From positions 14,176 through 78,175 of IMG/VR virus record IMGVR_UViG_3300037714_000266: DNA of 64,000 nt; one strand, written 5' to 3'. Below the pieces are notes generated by a model. That model made no database searches. It saw nothing but the letters and a program-made list of their open reading frames with translations, and was not told the DNA's origin. Positions within the stretch are counted from its first letter, which is position 1; each line of letters opens with the position of its first letter. Below, one piece after another: positions 62,139 through 64,000 of the stretch. A program made the position numbers and the translations under genes. The DNA is from a virus. Taxonomy: Duplodnaviria; Caudoviricetes.

Positions 62139-62417
62139 CTACTCTCCGAAGAGATCCCCCATAGGAATCGCCATCCGCCTGGTATCGACGAGTCTCTTTG
62201 CGAGATACCGACCACGATCGACGTGATCGAACACAGCCTCGGTCTTCGACCTTGGCTTGCGACGCGGGTGACGTTTCACCTTCCCGGTCGTTCGATTGTA
62301 CTGACCAATGACCAGATGACGCACACCGTCTTTCACAACGGTCCTGGCGCCGTTCAGGTTGCAGAACCGGCCATGGTCATCGTGATTGGTCACTGCTTCG
62401 TCGATGATGTCCATCAC
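62139..62417 (-). CDS. Small hypothetical protein
   Basis: 92 aa; leader MMDIIDE-A. Confidence 0.6.
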   Translation of the reverse strand: MMDIIDEAVTNHDDHGRFCNLNGARTVVKDGVRHLVIGQYNRTTGKVKRHPRRKPRSKTEAVFDHVDRGRYLAKRLVDTRRMAIPMGDLFGE

Positions 62418-62424
62418 CTACACC

Positions 62425-63114
62425 TTACCCGCTCTTCCGTATGACGTCCTTTTCGATCGACTTGAATAGCTTGTCGAACTTCCTGGCCTTGGTTGCTCCT
62501 GTGCCTGGAATACCTCCGTTGAGAGGACCCTTCTCCATGCCGTGCTGGAAGCTACGACGCACACCCTTCGTCGTCATTTTGGTCGCTTTCGGCAGCTTCG
62601 TGTTCACGCGATACGGCCCCTTCATGTAGCCGTACTTCGTCAGCGACCATCGGCAGATATTCCAGGCTGCCTTGGCGCTTTTGCCGCGCTTGTGTTTGAT
62701 CGCCAGCATGCAGTGCCTGAGTTGTGCACCCACCTGATCCTTCGGTGGTTTTCCAACCGGACTCGCGCCAGTCTTGGTTCCAGAGGCATCGCGCTTGGTG
62801 ACCTTCTTCTTCAGGGCCGATTGACGTGCCTTTCGGCGCACCCTGTTCTCGGCCGCAGCTTTTGCAATTCTGGCTTTGGCCTTCTTCTCGCGCGTCTTCT
62901 TGGCCTTCTCCTGGGCCTTTCGGTTTTTCGCTGCGATCTGATCAGTAGACGCCTTCGCCTTCGTCGCCTTGCTCTTTTGACGACGCTGCTGGGCCCCATG
63001 GTCCTGCTTCTTTGTGTCGTCCTCGTCCTTTGGGGGAGAAGGTCCGTTGGGCGGAGACGGCGGATCTGGTGCCTCTACGAGGCTCATGAATCGGGTCAAC
63101 GACATCGTCGTCAC
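62425..63114 (-). CDS. Highly basic K/A-rich protein, putative DNA-condensing head protein
   Basis: Leader ending LVE-A; long KAK-rich helix; AKAAWNICRWSL module. Confidence 0.6.
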   Translation of the reverse strand: MTTMSLTRFMSLVEAPDPPSPPNGPSPPKDEDDTKKQDHGAQQRRQKSKATKAKASTDQIAAKNRKAQEKAKKTREKKAKARIAKAAAENRVRRKARQSALKKKVTKRDASGTKTGASPVGKPPKDQVGAQLRHCMLAIKHKRGKSAKAAWNICRWSLTKYGYMKGPYRVNTKLPKATKMTTKGVRRSFQHGMEKGPLNGGIPGTGATKARKFDKLFKSIEKDVIRKSG

Positions 63115-63905
63115 CCCGTCAGGAACGGAATCGCATCAGACAACCCGAGGATCTCTTCCTTGAGTTTGTCTTTCTCCTGCTCCGCCTCGTCAATGAGAGT
63201 AGACCCGTCGAGGATCTTTGGACCGCCCGCAGAGGCGAAGCCATCAGCAAACTTCGATCGCACGCGACCGAGGCGAATCTTTGCTTCTGCAAGGGCATAC
63301 CGCATCAAAACATCACGCTCACGGAAGCGGAGACTGTCCTTGAAGTCATTCTTCAGCTTGTCGGGATTGTTCTCGGTATCGTCGACGTCAAACGCACTGA
63401 GTCTGGTCGACGCATACCTGGCGATCAGAGTTCCGGTGCGCTGATTGCGCGGGAAGACGTGCAGGAGGTTTCGATCCTTGAAGTAGTCCCAGTCGGGCTC
63501 TGATCCAACGACCCGACGAGCCGTCTCGGCATGGCTGAGGATCTGATGCAACGTGCCGTAGAACTGTCCGCCAGGAACGCCGGTGATGGACTGGTAGGCC
63601 ACGGGAAGCTGATCGACGTCGATGAACGCATAGGGATTGACCGCGGCGATGACGTCGAGTTGAACGCCTGGGAACCAGATCTGAAGAACCTGGTCGCAGT
63701 CGTCCGGCATCGTATATTCCTGAACGCCAGGGATCAGGTTCACCGCAGCGTGCCGCTTGATGCCCTTGTATCCGACGTACCAACGAATCGCGTCATCGAA
63801 GGAATCTTCGAGTTGCTCCGGACTAATCTCCAACACGACGACGCCGCCACCCAGTTTGCTCTGGATCCACTGGATGACTCCAGATCTGTTGGTCGGATCG
63901 GCCAC
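63111..63905 (-). CDS. Neck protein (T4 gp13-like head-tail adaptor)
   Basis: I.SKLGG.VV.LEI..EQLED..DDA..WY...; LMRYALAEAK..LG.VRSKF......G...LDG..L..EA..E...L. Confidence 0.88.
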   Translation of the reverse strand: MADPTNRSGVIQWIQSKLGGGVVVLEISPEQLEDSFDDAIRWYVGYKGIKRHAAVNLIPGVQEYTMPDDCDQVLQIWFPGVQLDVIAAVNPYAFIDVDQLPVAYQSITGVPGGQFYGTLHQILSHAETARRVVGSEPDWDYFKDRNLLHVFPRNQRTGTLIARYASTRLSAFDVDDTENNPDKLKNDFKDSLRFRERDVLMRYALAEAKIRLGRVRSKFADGFASAGGPKILDGSTLIDEAEQEKDKLKEEILGLSDAIPFLTG

Positions 63906-63917
63906 GGTTGTTCAGAT

Positions 63918-64000
63918 TCAGGGCTTGATCTTGTCCGCTGGACTCTTTGTGGTGCTTCCCTCGGACGCCACCTCGGCTGCCTTGGCTTTCTCTTCGGCGT
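63918..64000 (-). CDS. C-terminal fragment of an upstream gene
   Basis: ...AEEKAKAAEVASEGSTTKSPADKIKP*. Confidence 0.5.
   Translation of the reverse strand, partial: AEEKAKAAEVASEGSTTKSPADKIKP

Noticed and set aside
1-64000. CRISPR array, rRNA, tmRNA, integrase or IS element
   Set aside because: No regularly spaced repeat-spacer units (the 16-bp palindromes are more than 11 kb apart) and no matching motifs seen.

Overview
GC-rich (roughly 60% by eye) fragment of a large T4-like myophage (jumbo-type) genome. A spanin-like lipoprotein points to a Gram-negative host. Most genes lie on the minus strand. In transcription order (right to left): neck proteins, tail terminator, sheath, two tube proteins, a ~9 kb block of beta-rich virion proteins, a tail-assembly chaperone with a -1 slippery site, tape measure, baseplate, tail fibres, lysis-like membrane proteins, candidate protease-processed capsid cargo proteins, then small early genes. 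The early genes include an NDP kinase that runs off the left edge and is absent from the ORF track. A plus-strand island (14.5-20.9 kb) carries a sigma70-like promoter and an array of 40 tRNA genes covering all 20 amino acids. Best leads: (1) a perfect 16-bp palindrome, GTGCAGACGTCTGCAC, recurring five times at 12-16.5 kb intervals, parS-like in length and core; (2) a tRNA-Gly(GCC) split in its anticodon loop by a 571-nt insert that is almost entirely an HNH ORF, has no room for a separate ribozyme core, and can form a bulge-helix-bulge junction; (3) an atypical tRNA-Ile(UAU) apparently nested in a decayed tRNA; (4) an unassigned three-way-junction RNA and a boxA-plus-hairpin site in the array; (5) candidate capsid-packaged cargo including an HExxH metallopeptidase. 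All calls come from manual reading and motif recognition; no database searches were run. Several start codons were moved from the ORF track using RBS and stop/start overlaps.
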